Shown piece after piece: positions 13,201 to 26,963 of a stretch of 64,000 nt of DNA. The stretch comes from Ophelia neglecta. Taxonomy: Eukaryota. Position 1 is the first letter of the stretch. Each line of letters opens with the position of its first letter. The DNA is taken from positions 54,002,001 to 54,066,000 of the forward strand of contig OZ260661.1 of assembly GCA_965285935.1 (NCBI GenBank), written 5' to 3'. The notes beneath the pieces were generated by a model. It was not told the origin of the DNA. It saw nothing but the letters and a program-made list of their open reading frames with translations, and did no database searches. Both the position numbers and the translations under genes were made by a program.

Positions 13201-13887
13201 ATAGTTCGCCTCCTATTTTTAAGAACTGTGCCACTTCGTATTTGGATGACAATTGTTAGGCCTTAACAAAATACTTAAATGTGAAAATTTATCCTATGCA
13301 GCCAATTTGAATTTCATTGAAAAAAATGTAAATACTGCAAAGTATATATCGAGGATATCCTGTGACATAGAAGAACAGACGGGAAAACTTTGTTCTAATT
13401 GCCTTATAGGGTTTTTGTGGAAGCTAAACTGAGGAACTTTAAACTTTTCCGGTAAAGAAGATGGGTGGGTGGGGGGAAAAGGGTGTTCGATTGGGAGGGG
13501 GGGGGGGGGGTGTTAAAAAATGTACGATCCACTCTCCCCCCCCCCCTTTCCATTACGTAAATAACTACTCCTTACTACTGAAAAATGGTAGAATCCTAGA
13601 AAATATCTCGTTATTTCATACACTTATAAGTATACATTGACCAAACTTCCAGCAAGTGTAAAACTATCAAAACACCTATAACACTATAGAATACTCAGTA
13701 GACTCCGAAGAAATAGATAAGTGAGTGGTACTTAAATCTGGCAGTGAGAGAGCGAGAGGTTGGTAGTTAGGTCTTGCCGTTAGAAAGTAAATGAATGTGG
13801 TAGTAAGGTCTTGAAATGAACGATTGAGCAGTTAGGTCCGCTCGTCCGCTCGAAACCTACTTACTGACAAACTATGTAGGAAATAAT

Positions 13888-14200
13888 CTATGAACGCAGA
13901 TGATTCATTGAGTGTACAAAGAATGTACAGTTGAATCGGGAAGAATTTATCTTATACATTCGGTATACGATGTGCTGCCACAGGACTCTGGTCGCAGACC
14001 GAGCGATAAAAGGGAGTTGATACTTGGAAGACAAAACGATTTTTTCTTTAAATTGTCCATCAAGATAGTCCGTTAAATCGGTACCAGCAGGCCCGAAGTA
14101 AATGCGCGTGATTCTATTTTGTACACTGTCTGTCATACCCCCTAGCACTCTAACATATTTTATGCGCCTAGTCGCCAAGACAGTAATATCTTAGATACTA
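13888..14200 (-). pseudogene. Possible degenerate F5/8 type C (discoidin) domain relic
   Basis: The ORF reads IKYVRVLGG...ITRIYFGPAGTDLTDYLDGQFKEKIV...PFIARS..RVLWQHIVYR. This is collinear with the F5/8C pattern +TGV.TQG...VT.+.+.YS.DG..W.DY....K+F...PI.AR.+R+.P..W...I.+R, but conserved residues are lost. Confidence 0.3.
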
Positions 14201-17200
14201 TATTATTGTGCATTATCTCAGTGATATCATATACCATGAGATGATAATGAGATAATACACAATGTTTGGCATATAACATAATATATATATAGGCATTGCC
14301 TTCTGTGCGACCGAGGGTTTGTCTTTAAGAAATTGTACTACATGAGAAATTGATCTAACCATTCACGGAAATTCCGCGATCCGGGAAATGGTACCAAGTT
14401 CTAAATAGTTAAGACACCTAGTGATATTAAAATACGCGAGAATTCACGATAAGTCATGCATATTATCTGGGCGGACTTTCTCAGAGGTGTTATTTATTTC
14501 GGACCCCAAAAAGGATGACGCAATTCCCTAACCATGTCAGACTTATAATAATTCGAATGTCAAACGTGTAAAGCCCCTCTTGAAGCAAACCCCGCCTACG
14601 TTCTCGCATTGAAAAAGTAAAGAGAGGACAACGTTTATTTCTATATATTCGAATATGATGAGGTGATCTTCAGAAAAAAGTTCTGAGTTGTGAAATGCGC
14701 TATGATTTGTTTCGAAAAAGAAAAGCGAAAGTCACGCACTAGAAAGTTCGCTTTTAGTACCTTGAAAGGAAAACTCTGAATACGAAACGAGAGGAAATCT
14801 TGACTAGTAGTTCTACGTTACCACAAAAACTACTACGATTACGACGACAACAAACGGTAGAAACTGGCTTACATAATTTACAGGATTCTCATTCGATTCA
14901 GTTCACTTTCTGTTCATTTTCTAAGCGTTCTCGGTGTTATCTATAGTGCGAGCTAGGCTCTTCTGCTCATGGCACCTGCTCGGCTTCGCTCTCATATTAT
15001 ATCAACTACATTATGTACATATATTATAGATATACCAAGGCAGTTGAGCTGGATATTACCCATCATGGCAACTGTTGTACCCTTATTGTAAAAACTATAT
15101 AAAAACTAAGGTCGATACAGAGATTCGTCGACCTGGATTGTGTCTGTTTCTTCAACGTACTTCATCGGTCATATTTATTTTTAGGGCGCTTTTAAAATAC
15201 AGCATTATACTCTGTTCCAACGAAATCTTGATCTATTTGGCAATAAATTTGATCGGGTTACTTTTGAACAAGGCACTCGAGTTTAATTTATAATTGACTT
15301 AGTCAACTGGTGTTATTTCTATTAGATGTAAATTGTAAATCAATTATATATGATGTTATAATGTGAAATATCACATTTGTCATGAATATAAAAATCGTTT
15401 TAGAGTAGTTACCTTAGATGATATTTTCTGCTGTCCTCGAAAGCGTCTTTCAGAAAACCGGTAATGTGATTTTATATCTTCAGATCAGTAAATTGTCATT
15501 ATAGCACGAGTGATTGATTTGTCATTTTGATTGACAACCATGACAGAAGTCCAAACTGTGGGTTCTTCGCGTAAAAACTGTGCGCGGTTAGATGTATAAA
15601 CAATAATATAACAATTCTGCCCTCTAACGGTATAACAATAAGGCAGTATCATGATCCTGTAGATTCAATCATTCTGCATTTTACCGTTGAAGGGCAGAAT
15701 GGATGATTGTGTTTGTGGCAGGCTTGGTGTTTCCGGCATTACTTATATTAATGGTGCATTATAAAACTTACATGATACCACGTACAGTCAAAAGTACCCA
15801 TGAACTTCTCATCTCGTAGGTTGAGGCTAAATGATATAATGAATTATGCATATCCCTCCCATTTCATCATCTGTTTCTCTCGCTTTGTTATTTATAACCG
15901 CCCCGTTTGAAGACATAGAAATACATGGAAAGTCAAATAGTCTTTGATAGGAGCCAAGCTTATGGCAGAGCGTAGCCTTTGGCTAAATGGACAGATCGAG
16001 AGGCACTGAAATACTAAATAGGACAATCCATGTAAAGTGAATAGCAAAATAATTACCTTTTGGCCGTTTAATGCACACATACTATCTTATTCGTACGCTA
16101 ATTCAAACATCTAAGTCAGAGTTGTAGCTCGTACAGCCTATTTAATCTTTTGGACGGACCTCTTAAATGATTAATACACCGAAAACTTTTCAGCAAAGCT
16201 AGTCTTCACTCTAATAAGAAAAAGGTCTACTAGACATGCTTAAGATACACTGATTGACATTGTCGTATTTAGCTTGCAGAAAATACGGGAAATACTGTAG
16301 TAATAACGTAAATGAGAAATAGTATACGTATATATTATATACTAATTAATCTATTATTTTTGCATAAATGCATGCTAGAACTCCAATAAAGTTAATAAGT
16401 GTAGGCGTTAGACTCCTCAGTGAAACAAACTATCCTAGGCTATATACATTTTACCAACTCTGCAACATTAAACATTTAAGATATAATTATGTGCAATTAA
16501 GTATGAGAATGAAAAAGAAAAAAATATGATAATGAAAATAAGTAAATGTCGCAACATTTTAAAGTATCAAAATATATAGAATGAATAATTAAGATGGCAA
16601 ATACACCATATCTGTAGTGCTCACTATAGTCATGATGTTTGCCTATGCCTGTCAGTAAGCAGGCATACCGAAATATCAACAAGCAAAAACACAACGTTGT
16701 TTTCATTAAAGCATAGATATAAATGAATTTTTGATCACCTTGAGGGCATTGCTACAAATTACAATAGTTGGTTAGCACATATATATTAAATTGAATGTGT
16801 CTATGTGCTCTAGTAGGCGGAATGTGCCAAAGGCTTTGATATGGGCCTATTTAGATCCGACTTAAAGCAAGACTACTAACCTCTCACATTGCAAGACAAG
16901 CCATATTTAGAAATGAAATCCTTTTTGTCACCTTGCAACATATTTACTAAACCAAGCTTCTTCAGTCTTCTCATTAAAAGCATGTTTAGTTAAAAGACTG
17001 TTTGCCCCAATATGTTTCCGCTGGTCCTAAATGTATTAATGATTGATTTCTGCTAATGTATTTATTGACAGTATGATTGAAGATACCATTTGGGCAACAG
17101 TGTGTGGAAAAGTTTTATCACGTAATTTATTGTACATTTTAGGTCATAAAAAGGTAACAAATCTTCAAGTTAAACATACTTAACTATTTAAGGACCGAAC

Positions 17201-20200
17201 AAGCATGTGCCGAGAAAATAGACTATTTCTGCCTAATTCCCATCACAGCCCTTTTAAAGGTTAAATCAAAATGTTATTTGGGCTTGAAAAGCATTTTAAC
17301 AGTTTGATCTTAAGCGTAATTGACTGTCCGCTAGAAGAAAATTATTGATTTCTACATTGAAACCGATTTTGTTCGTTTTTACTCTATTTTTCTATTTTCA
17401 CCAGCATAGGCCTATATTGAAGCATGACTGAAAAACCTTCTCATTACATTTAGAGTTAGTGCTTAAAACATTAAGACAAAGTAATTTGAAACAATTTTAC
17501 GGACCTTGTTGGTTCCCTGAGAAGAAAAGTGGCAACATTTTGTACCAAAAACCATAGGAATTTGGTTTATGATGACATTTTAAATTAGCATACATATTAA
17601 GATGTAAGAAAAACATGACAAAATCATATGCTTCCCTTGAAGATTTTCCTTCCACATATGTGGGAGATGTTGGTCATTTATTCTGTGCTTAACGATATTA
17701 TATATATAGTGTGGGTGTAGAAAACTAGTATTCGGCCCGATGTGTACTAACCCATTAAATCAAAATATATATTTACACATTCCAGCCATTGGAAACTTTC
17801 ATGCTCAGCCTGTTGATATGAATGAGATAGTAGTTTATTTTGACAAGGCCATTTCATTCTTCCCCAGTATTTAAAACACAGTCCAAAAACTTTTGATGTT
17901 AGGTGATATCTTTCTAACTCGGCACGAGCTGTTAGCCCCATTTACAAATGATGTTTAGATCATTAGTTTATGGTCGAAAGTATTACATGGGCTAAACCTT
18001 AAACATAAATATTTAGAATGTGTATTTGTTTATTAAATAATTGAAGATGAAGCCAATGTTTTAGTCGACTGTGATTTATGTTTTACACTAAAAGACCATT
18101 TCATTGGTAGGTTTTTTTGTAGTTATCCATGGAACTAGTGAAATTAATTCATGCATGTGTTAACTAAAGACTCTGTTTGTTTGAATAACATGTCTATGTA
18201 ATTACGAAAAAAATACAAGACTTGTGTATCATAAAGCTCTTTAATTTCTGAAGTATACATCTTCCTTCCATGTTATACTATCACGGCTGTATTCCTAGAT
18301 CTAATAAAAAAGAAAATACAGGAAACCTTCAATAATAATAAGAAGAAATACAATTATGAACAGAAAGAACATTGCTGACAATGATTTTAAGCAACATGAG
18401 TATTGATACATAAATTACTTTCATCTATTGTTGGGGGCTTAAGTTCATATCGTTATCTTGCTACCCTGATCATCGCTGGTGACCAAACATGGCAGCTTTC
18501 CTTGTCATTTTTAACGCAGCGACACTCTGTACATAACCTCGACACCGTAATATCACCCTGTGCAAAACTGGAGTACCTAAATAGTCATGCAAGCAGGTAT
18601 TAGAACCTGGACCGGCGTCAATAGACATTCACCTACCCAGCCTAAAGTGCTGGATATCACGCCGTTCTCTCAAACATGGCAACAGCTCATAGAAAATAGA
18701 CCAGTTTTGTACCATTCACAGACAAAACAAATTTGATCAAGGTAAATGTATTAGGTAAGAGCAGCCCTCTGGACATAAAGGGCCGCCCTTTGTGTGCGTG
18801 CGTGTGTACGTGTCCCTGCTGTACGTGGGAGCGATGTGGATTATGTCTAATGCATTGGATACTAGCTCCATAATATACTCATACAAGCTGCTTATCTCAA
18901 ATTTTAGCTATTAGTAATTGCCGTGTAAGTCAACTCCTGAAAAAACCCACCCTTGTGCATATTAAATGAAACGAAAATGGTCAAAGAGTCACTTACAGTT
19001 TTGTCCTGCCATCCAAAGGTGTGCCACTAAAGCTTTTTATACATTGGTCATTATATTCGGAAAATTGAATAACATGGGATAAAGGGCGATACATTTTTCA
19101 ATTTCATCTTCGCGCTTTGACATATACACATTTAGTTCCATAGTGTTATGAAAATGCTTTTGTGATAAATTAATTGAAAACTGTGTTCACAGCCATAAAG
19201 GACGACACATTCAAACACTTTACTTGATTTGCGTAAGGACTGCATGCTAACTTTATATGATGTGAAACAATAATGGAATGAGAGTCTGTATTTTGAAACC
19301 CACCCTGAGTGCGCTTAAAACATTAAATTGAACAAAGAGCAAAACTGATAACAATAAAAGCACATTTTTATATTTAATATGGTTTAAACAAGCAAACTTT
19401 AGGTAAACAATTTTCTGACAAACTAGATCCTTACAGCGTGGATACTCAATTATTGTAATAATCTATTGACTTTTGCTATTAAATTATATATTTTAGTTTT
19501 GAAATGCTACAAGAAAATATATATTTTTTTTTCATTAAGTGCCAGGTTTTATTTTATTGGTGTCATGAAGGAGATTTAAATAGATTTTTTTTCCAACTCT
19601 TATTTACCTGACAAATGCCAGAATTATGTGTTAAAATAGCTACTTTAAATGTTATGGCAATATTAAAAGTTGTATATTATTAATACAAATCTAGATTTTG
19701 AACTCGCTTAACTAGTTATTTCATTTAAAATTATTGAAATCGTCCGAGAACATTTTGTATGGGGCGCCAATTCTCTGGGTCTATGATTTCCTGCTTAAAA
19801 ACATTTTCTGCTATCCCTAACTCAAGTTTTTATTTGGCCTTGAAAATTGGAAAAGTTAAGACAGAAGAAGCGTAAAACGCAGATACAAAATGTAATCTAG
19901 GGAGTTTCTTTAACTCAAACACTTGACCCGCTAGAGTAATGTCGAGAATGCCTTAGGAATCACTTTGACTATCCTGGCCCTTCATGGACCACACTGAGGC
20001 CACCGAACTCCTCTTCTTTATGGCGGCTCCTTCAACATATAATAAACTTTCGTCAGATGATTTGATTGTTTATTCATGCTAACAGAACATTTTTAAATGG
20101 TATCATTAGGTCTGAAATGCCCGAATAAAGAACGATATTTCTGTAATAGTACATGTAGTAGGTATGCATGTTCATAGGCCTACATAGGCTACCTTTGACC

Positions 20201-23200
20201 GAGGTACAGACTGGCTGAACGAAAGGCAGGAGTTTTTGGCTCGCAGAAGGATGCACTTTTTCAATAGTGGCTTTGTATTTTTCAATAGTACTGTTACTTG
20301 TGTGCGGCAATTTTCTGCCTTGTTGGGCAATTTAAGGCGATTAAAAGTGTATTTTTTCTATCCAGAATTAAAGCTGTCGTTATCTTTCAACAGCGTAGAA
20401 CTATGAAGAGTAAACACCTCTTTTTTTATTAGTTCATTTAAGTGTTAACACATTCTGTCATGCAAAAGCTCATTTACAAGAATATGTGCATTCTTGGTGC
20501 TCATATAGAGGGATTTGGCTAACCGCTATTTTTAAGCATGTATCTAGGAAAGCTTGGCAACCATATACGTGTTTTATTCCCACTGAATTTGTGCATCCCA
20601 GAGCTAATCCCCAGATTTTTGGCAGAAAATATAATGATGCGCATTTGAAACAGTATCTAGTTATCTAAACCTCGTAGCCTAATTGAAGAATATAACATGT
20701 AGGCTATTGGAGGTTTTCACGAGAGAACGATGACACGTTGATGAGACGGGCTCCAGGTGGAGAACCTTTCCGTCCAGTTCCTGAACTACATGGACCTATA
20801 TTTGCTGCTGGTTTACTATTTCTTCGATTCCTTCAGGGAAATATGCCGCGTCTATGATCAGAAACCTTCATACAACATCAGATTAGACTACTAAAGACGT
20901 ACCGAATGGGCCACCTTTGACCCATCAAACATAATTAGCTGTAAGCCAAGCAGGACAGGTCCAATGCGCCCAGGGACACAGTGTCCTTACATGCTAACAC
21001 CGCTCGATGGAAATAAAATCATAGGTCTAATGTATATAAAGAAGGGTACGAGAGTCGATCGACCATTCCGCTTTCCATACCTTGCCAACAATGGTATAGT
21101 TACTGTCCCCTGGAGTTAAAGAGAACCTTCACTAGACAAATATGAGCACGGTACGGTTCCCAAAACACTGATATACATATCTACTAGGCCTATTTAGCTA
21201 TAGCATTTGGCAACACATGTTGATTATTTCAAATCATTGAGGCGGCAGTACTCGTGAACAATAAGGTTCAAAAACTACCGTTCTCCCTTACACTTTCAGA
21301 CGCATAACCAACAATGGCCAAGCTTTACCTATATAAAAACTGATGTTCTTTCATAAGTCCTCCATTTTGAAATATGCGTGGCTCCGTTTGCATTCATAAA
21401 TATTATTTCCTATTTTATCTGATCTTTACTTAATGCATACAGTTGTCATTTGTGACTCGATATTTCCGTTGCCTGACATTTAAAGTGTATATCCGCTTGC
21501 TTGGTGAGCGGGTAGCAGAAGAATGGTAAGTGGCTAAAGCAAAGAAATATCGTCAATATATTAATCAAGAGGGACAGAGCAGGTAGTGTGGCCCAGAGAC
21601 AGATGCCCCAGGGGAACCCGAAGCTCTTGAAACATCAAACCTCTGAACGGTCACTGGAAGGCATTTCATCTCTTCAGCCTATAGACCCGCACAAATGATA
21701 TACGCTGGTTTCAGGTGTTCGGTAAACACAACTGCGACTATGAAACTGTTTATAACACCTTAATATAATGTTGTATAAATATATATTGTAAGGTCTCTAC
21801 CAAATATGTCTTACATTAAATTGTCAAGTCTATTTGTTATTATTATTACATAGCTAGTCAGGGTGATAGTTAACCCCTACAGGTTATATAAATATCGCCA
21901 CTATCAACATGATATAGTACGAAGCATTTTAAAGGAAGGCACAACGCTTTTCCTTTTTACAACAACACGCTTAATGTCTCTTCCTTGTCTCACAACACAA
22001 CGCTTTATTTTTGTAAAAAATGAAAGTATAGCAAAAGAAAGGAACTTTAGTATACTATCATCCGTGTTTGGTTAAAAACACTTAATACAGACGCTAACAT
22101 TTGTTTAAAAAAGACATTCTGATCAAGGCAAACTAATAATACCATATAGACATGAATCGCTAGATTTTGTGATAGTTTTTTTCCGCTCAAAGAGGAAGAC
22201 ATAACAAGAAAAGAGGTTAGATATAAGCAATGCAGGACAAGGTCAATTTTTTCGAAATTCTATTCCAGTTTTTATTCACATTGCTCTAGAAATCAAACCA
22301 TATTGTATGCGGTAGAATACTTATGGTACACGAAATTCTTTTCTTGCGGCTCCAAAACAATGAAATAAAACATGGTAACATTTATCGGTAGGCCTACTTT
22401 ATTTTACCTACAATTTGGCATTGCGGAAGGCCATTCTGCGGAAAGACTTCATTTGCTATAAGACAAAAACAATGTCTATAATATTTCCGATCCAACTTTT
22501 AGTGAGTACCCCATTTAAACTCTCGAAGGGACACTCTATTATCTTATGAGAAGATTGTGCTTCTGGAATAACCCATGAATGCACCCATGTGGCGTTAAAG
22601 AACACCTTGACAAAAAGATATTTAATAGGAAGTCCCGGTTAAACTCAACGTCACCGTAGGTTGCATGACATAAATTATGACTTTCTATCTGCACAAATTC
22701 GTAGTCAATACTTTGAAGGTCGTTATTTGTTTATATAAGGGATATATAATAATTATTATACGAATTATATGGATATAACTTAACAACCGAATATTAACAA
22801 ACAAAATATTTTTAATTTTCACCATGACAGTAAGGCGATAAATGGCGACTAGGATCGACTAATTAATGGATTTAAAGAAATACTAAAGCCACTTTAAGTA
22901 GAAGAGCAAATCCTTACCAATTTTAGGCGGAGCCTAACGTAAATGGAAAATTAAATAATGTGTAAAAAGCGCCACAAAAAAACTGACAAGCTTTATACGC
23001 TATGCTTGTCATTGACAGCGACACGGCAAAAAGGTATTGCTTTAAATAGGCCAAATCTAACAATAGCTTACTCAACAATTCGATTTTCGTAAAAATAGAT
23101 TCAAAACATGGAAAAGGACTTGTTTCCGGCAATCACAAAGGGGTTTAAATAAACGAATACATAAAACCACCTGGCTTAAAAAATGATACTCGATAGAACC

Positions 23201-26200
23201 GAGGCCACAAAATTATGTAGAATTTGCCTTAATATAGCAACCGGCCACAACAAAGAATATTATATCTAGAAATCTGAAACTACAATTTCGTGGATATTTT
23301 TCTCCGGGGCGATTAGAAGCCTGCCATGAGTTAAATGTCTGAATATAAAATGGGAACTGATGGCTGAATCACACACATGATGATCTTGTTACACATTGGA
23401 CGATTATGCATGAACCGATAATCGTTTGGGTGATCAAATAATGTGCGTGGTAACATAAATTAGCAGCTATTTTGGGGAAATATATCGTGAATATGAATAG
23501 CTGATCATTTCAGCGCCATTATACTTGTGCATTATAAATATTGTTGATGCAATTGGTGCAGCTACCTGGCAAAAGGCGAGATTCGATATTCAATTTCAAC
23601 GCGAAATCATTATTTTCATTACGAAAGAGATAATTGTTTCTGCGATTCTTAGTTTGTGATCATAAATAATTAAAGAGATGAACCTAAACGTTAACAAAAT
23701 AAACAATGACCTGCCCCATTTGACACAGACACATCTATGACCACTGGCCGTAATGAGGCTAGGGGTATAAATAAAATAATAAATCGTCTGTCTATAATAT
23801 CGTATTGTGTGTTTCTGTATTACACCAGTGGATTTTAAGGCCCCCTTGTGTGTTGCTATAGCCTACATGCAGAGAAGCAAACTCGGAGCTTCATTGTGGC
23901 CCATCAGCATAAGCTAAACACCAGAGACTTTTTGTATAACCGCAATTACTTTCTGGCCTAACTATGTTAAATTGTGCCCGATGATGACTTGTCTTGAAGG
24001 ACTATCAATTACTTTGTTCTGTGGCAAGTAGTTAAAATTCTTCTTTTATTGTTTTCCCAAGGAGATTGCGGGGGCTAATGATATTAGGGTTGCTAGGGCA
24101 TGTGTGTATACTGTGTTTGTTAGATTAATGTTGCTCACATGTACTGTAAAAAGGTGCCATTTGTCAGGGAAGGGACAAAAGAAATATATACAAGGTCGGA
24201 GAACATTCATGCTAGTACAAGGCCTCAATTTGATGAATTGTAGGTCAAGTTGAGTAATTGAGTAATGTTAGGAACTGTGGCGCTTAAGATTATCGATAAA
24301 CTAAAGCTAGAGCCCGACTGACATTTTATCTGTGCTCTCCTTTGTAGACAGCTGTGACAAAAGCATGTTGTTGGTAGCAGGTCCTGAAGACTAATGCGTG
24401 TGTTGCTTTGCAGGCAATCAATTCAATTTTCGCCTTTGTTTCTAGGACCACCAAGGGGGTACACAAATGGTCTCTGGGCGCCTACAGTTGGTAAAAATTT
24501 CCAGCTAAAACTAGCTGGCTACATCTAATATGACAAGAAACTAACTACATGCCTGTTACTCATTTCTAAGCGATGGGTCAGGAGAGAAGGGTAGCTTTTA
24601 GGCCTATATTAATTTATTTATTTCAAAGAATGGGCATGTTTAAGATATAGGGCGTGGCCAGAATAACGATATATTTTTATTTGAAGTGTCCAACCTGTGT
24701 AAGATGTAATTTTCCTAAAGTTATAATTCACCACGAATCTTGAAAACACTTAAACTGATAACTCATGACGGATTCCAATTTCAGAGCAGTCAAAACAAGT
24801 GCCGTTTGCGAACAGAACAAACATCAAATGCGATTTATTGGCCATTGACATTAAACACGAGCTAATCATGTATAATAACAGGGCAGCTTCTGAATCGTAT
24901 TCCTTTAATATATGAGATTAAAAACTCTGGTTTCATGGTCATGTTTATAAGGCTCACACATTATATGGTCAACGTGTTATTTGCACCATGAATGGAAAAA
25001 TGTGTTTATTAGCCAAATATGGAGTATGAAGGCTACCTGACATAACACGGCATTGCAGCTCGCCTTTAAAAGGTCTGGCCATTATGACACCTGCAGGCTT
25101 ATAGAAGGAACAATGTCATACCGATTGTGATATCTACTTAATATTCTATCTCGTAGTCTAAAGAAAAGGTAAAACTGATGAGTTTTAAGCCACTTGAGTC
25201 ACATAGCACAAGTGGATAATGTCAACAACGATTGTTTTTCAGGGACAGTGCCATATTGAAAAATGTTGCAGGAAATGCAATCCTATCTACAAATTAAATA
25301 GCCTCGCAACCAATAAGTGTCAACTTCTGATTAGAGCGTACCATTTGAAAGGGCGTGCTTTTTATTTTCTTTGTTTTCTTTTCCTCGCATTGTGAGGATA
25401 CTTAATTTGAGTCTCGGCTTTCGAAAGATTGTGCGCGTACAAATTCGCGAATAAACCATGTTTATTAAGTAGTATGCGTAATATGGAAAGTAATGCATAT
25501 ACAGAAAGGACACCAATATGAATCGTGTATATTGTCGGTCTATCGTCATGGAATTAGCAGAGCATCAAGTCAGACACAACCTGCCATCAAATGTAACTAT
25601 CAAGGTTTATGACAAAAGAGGGGATACCCGTGTCAACTTGACTGACAAGTAAACCTCATGTAAAGGATCTATTCGCGAAAACGAATTCGTTAATTGTTTG
25701 CATTTAAAAAATCTATTCTTTATTAAATACCCTTTTCGACACCAACGCTTAGTTTAATTTTAAGACGCAATGATTGTTTTAGGCCGATTATGAATACAGA
25801 GAAGTCACGTGTAGACACAGAAAGTTCAAAACGAAGACAGATAGCTGACAAAGACTACGTTTAATATATTTCAGCCATGTTTTGGGATCGAAAGGTATAA
25901 ATTTTTGACTGCACGTTCTAAACAGTGCAACGATTATGCTACTAGGTAATTATATTGAGGCCGGTTGTGTCAAAGGCTGTCCCTTTCAGACAATTCAAAA
26001 GCATTGAGCATTGACCCAGAAGATAGGCCACGACTCGACCAGCTGATAATATTTGCACATGGTCGTAAAGCCGTCATATAAGTACACAAATGTCTTTATC
26101 AAATTTCTCCGCTGGGGCGTTCACATATCAACATAGTGTTACTTGATAAAGGGCATAAAATGATGGCAAGAAAGAGTTTAACAACCATTGTTGCCTTAGT

Positions 26201-26360
26201 TTGTTTGGAGTCAAGCAAGTCACTGTTTGACTTGTCCATCGGTAAAGCTGGGTTTGTACATATGTTAAGAGCAACAAGGCGCGCGCTCTGGGCGTCCCCT
26301 GCCCCCTGTTCCGAGTAGGCGTCTAGCCTACAGTTATAACACACTCAGCCACCTGCACCA

Positions 26361-26384
26361 CTGACTTCTCTTCTATCTCCCCAG
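26361..26384 (+). other. Branch point, polypyrimidine tract and 3' splice acceptor of the kinin coding exon
   Basis: CTGAC (26361-26365), then ttctcttctatctcccc and AG (26383-26384), directly before the exon carrying the ATG. Confidence 0.85.
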
Positions 26385-26402
26385 GTGTGCCGGGAATTCA
26401 AC

Positions 26403-26963
26403 ATGTCCTTACGTCCAGCAACTTTCCAGCTTCACTTAGCCTACATGGCGTTGGTTGTCTTTTCCTTGGCCCAGTGCGCCTCCATTCTACGGGACTCTCA
26501 TCTCGGAGACACTTTTGGGGGACAGGAAAACACAATTTCAGACGTGATCAATGACTTAAAAGAGGACCCTCGTTTTGAGGCGCCGGCCGCCCTCAACGAC
26601 CTGTCTCTCCTTGGTGACCAGGAAGAAAAAAGGGCTTTCAATCCCTGGGGCGGGAAACGTTCGTTTAACCCTTGGGGAGGCAAAAGGAGCGACGAGATGG
26701 AACCCGTACGAAGAGGCTTTCAACCGTGGGGCGGAAAAAGATCATCTCCTTGGGGTAGACAGCGCAGCAATGCCTTTGGCCTTATAGGCACAAAACGTGT
26801 ATTTCAACCGTGGGGTGGTAAAAGGACGACATTGGATTCCCTACCGGACAGGATGAACGAAGTTTTAAAGAGAAGATTCAACGCATGGGGAGGAAAACGA
26901 GCCAAGCTTAACCGCTGGGATGAGCAGAGAGCGTTCGGAAGTCAAGTCAGCGAAGTCAAATAA
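26403..26963 (+). CDS. Lk: Kinin/leucokinin-type neuropeptide precursor (186 aa, single coding exon)
   Basis: ATG in CAAC-ATG context, 18 nt after a strong splice acceptor. Hydrophobic signal peptide (MSLRPATFQLHLAYMALVVFSLAQCA) and an acidic pro-region follow. Five peptides are flanked by KR/RR and end in the G-KR amidation/cleavage signal: AFNPWG, SFNPWG, GFQPWG, VFQPWG, FNAWG. These match the kinin C-terminal consensus FX1X2WG-amide. The ORF track's GTG start at 26385 is simply the exon's first bases. Confidence 0.93.
   Translation: MSLRPATFQLHLAYMALVVFSLAQCASILRDSHLGDTFGGQENTISDVINDLKEDPRFEAPAALNDLSLLGDQEEKRAFNPWGGKRSFNPWGGKRSDEMEPVRRGFQPWGGKRSSPWGRQRSNAFGLIGTKRVFQPWGGKRTTLDSLPDRMNEVLKRRFNAWGGKRAKLNRWDEQRAFGSQVSEVK

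Noticed and set aside
26498-26787. Overlapping ORFs 26498-26683 (-) and 26575-26787 (+)
   Set aside because: Shadow frames of the GC-richer kinin exon.
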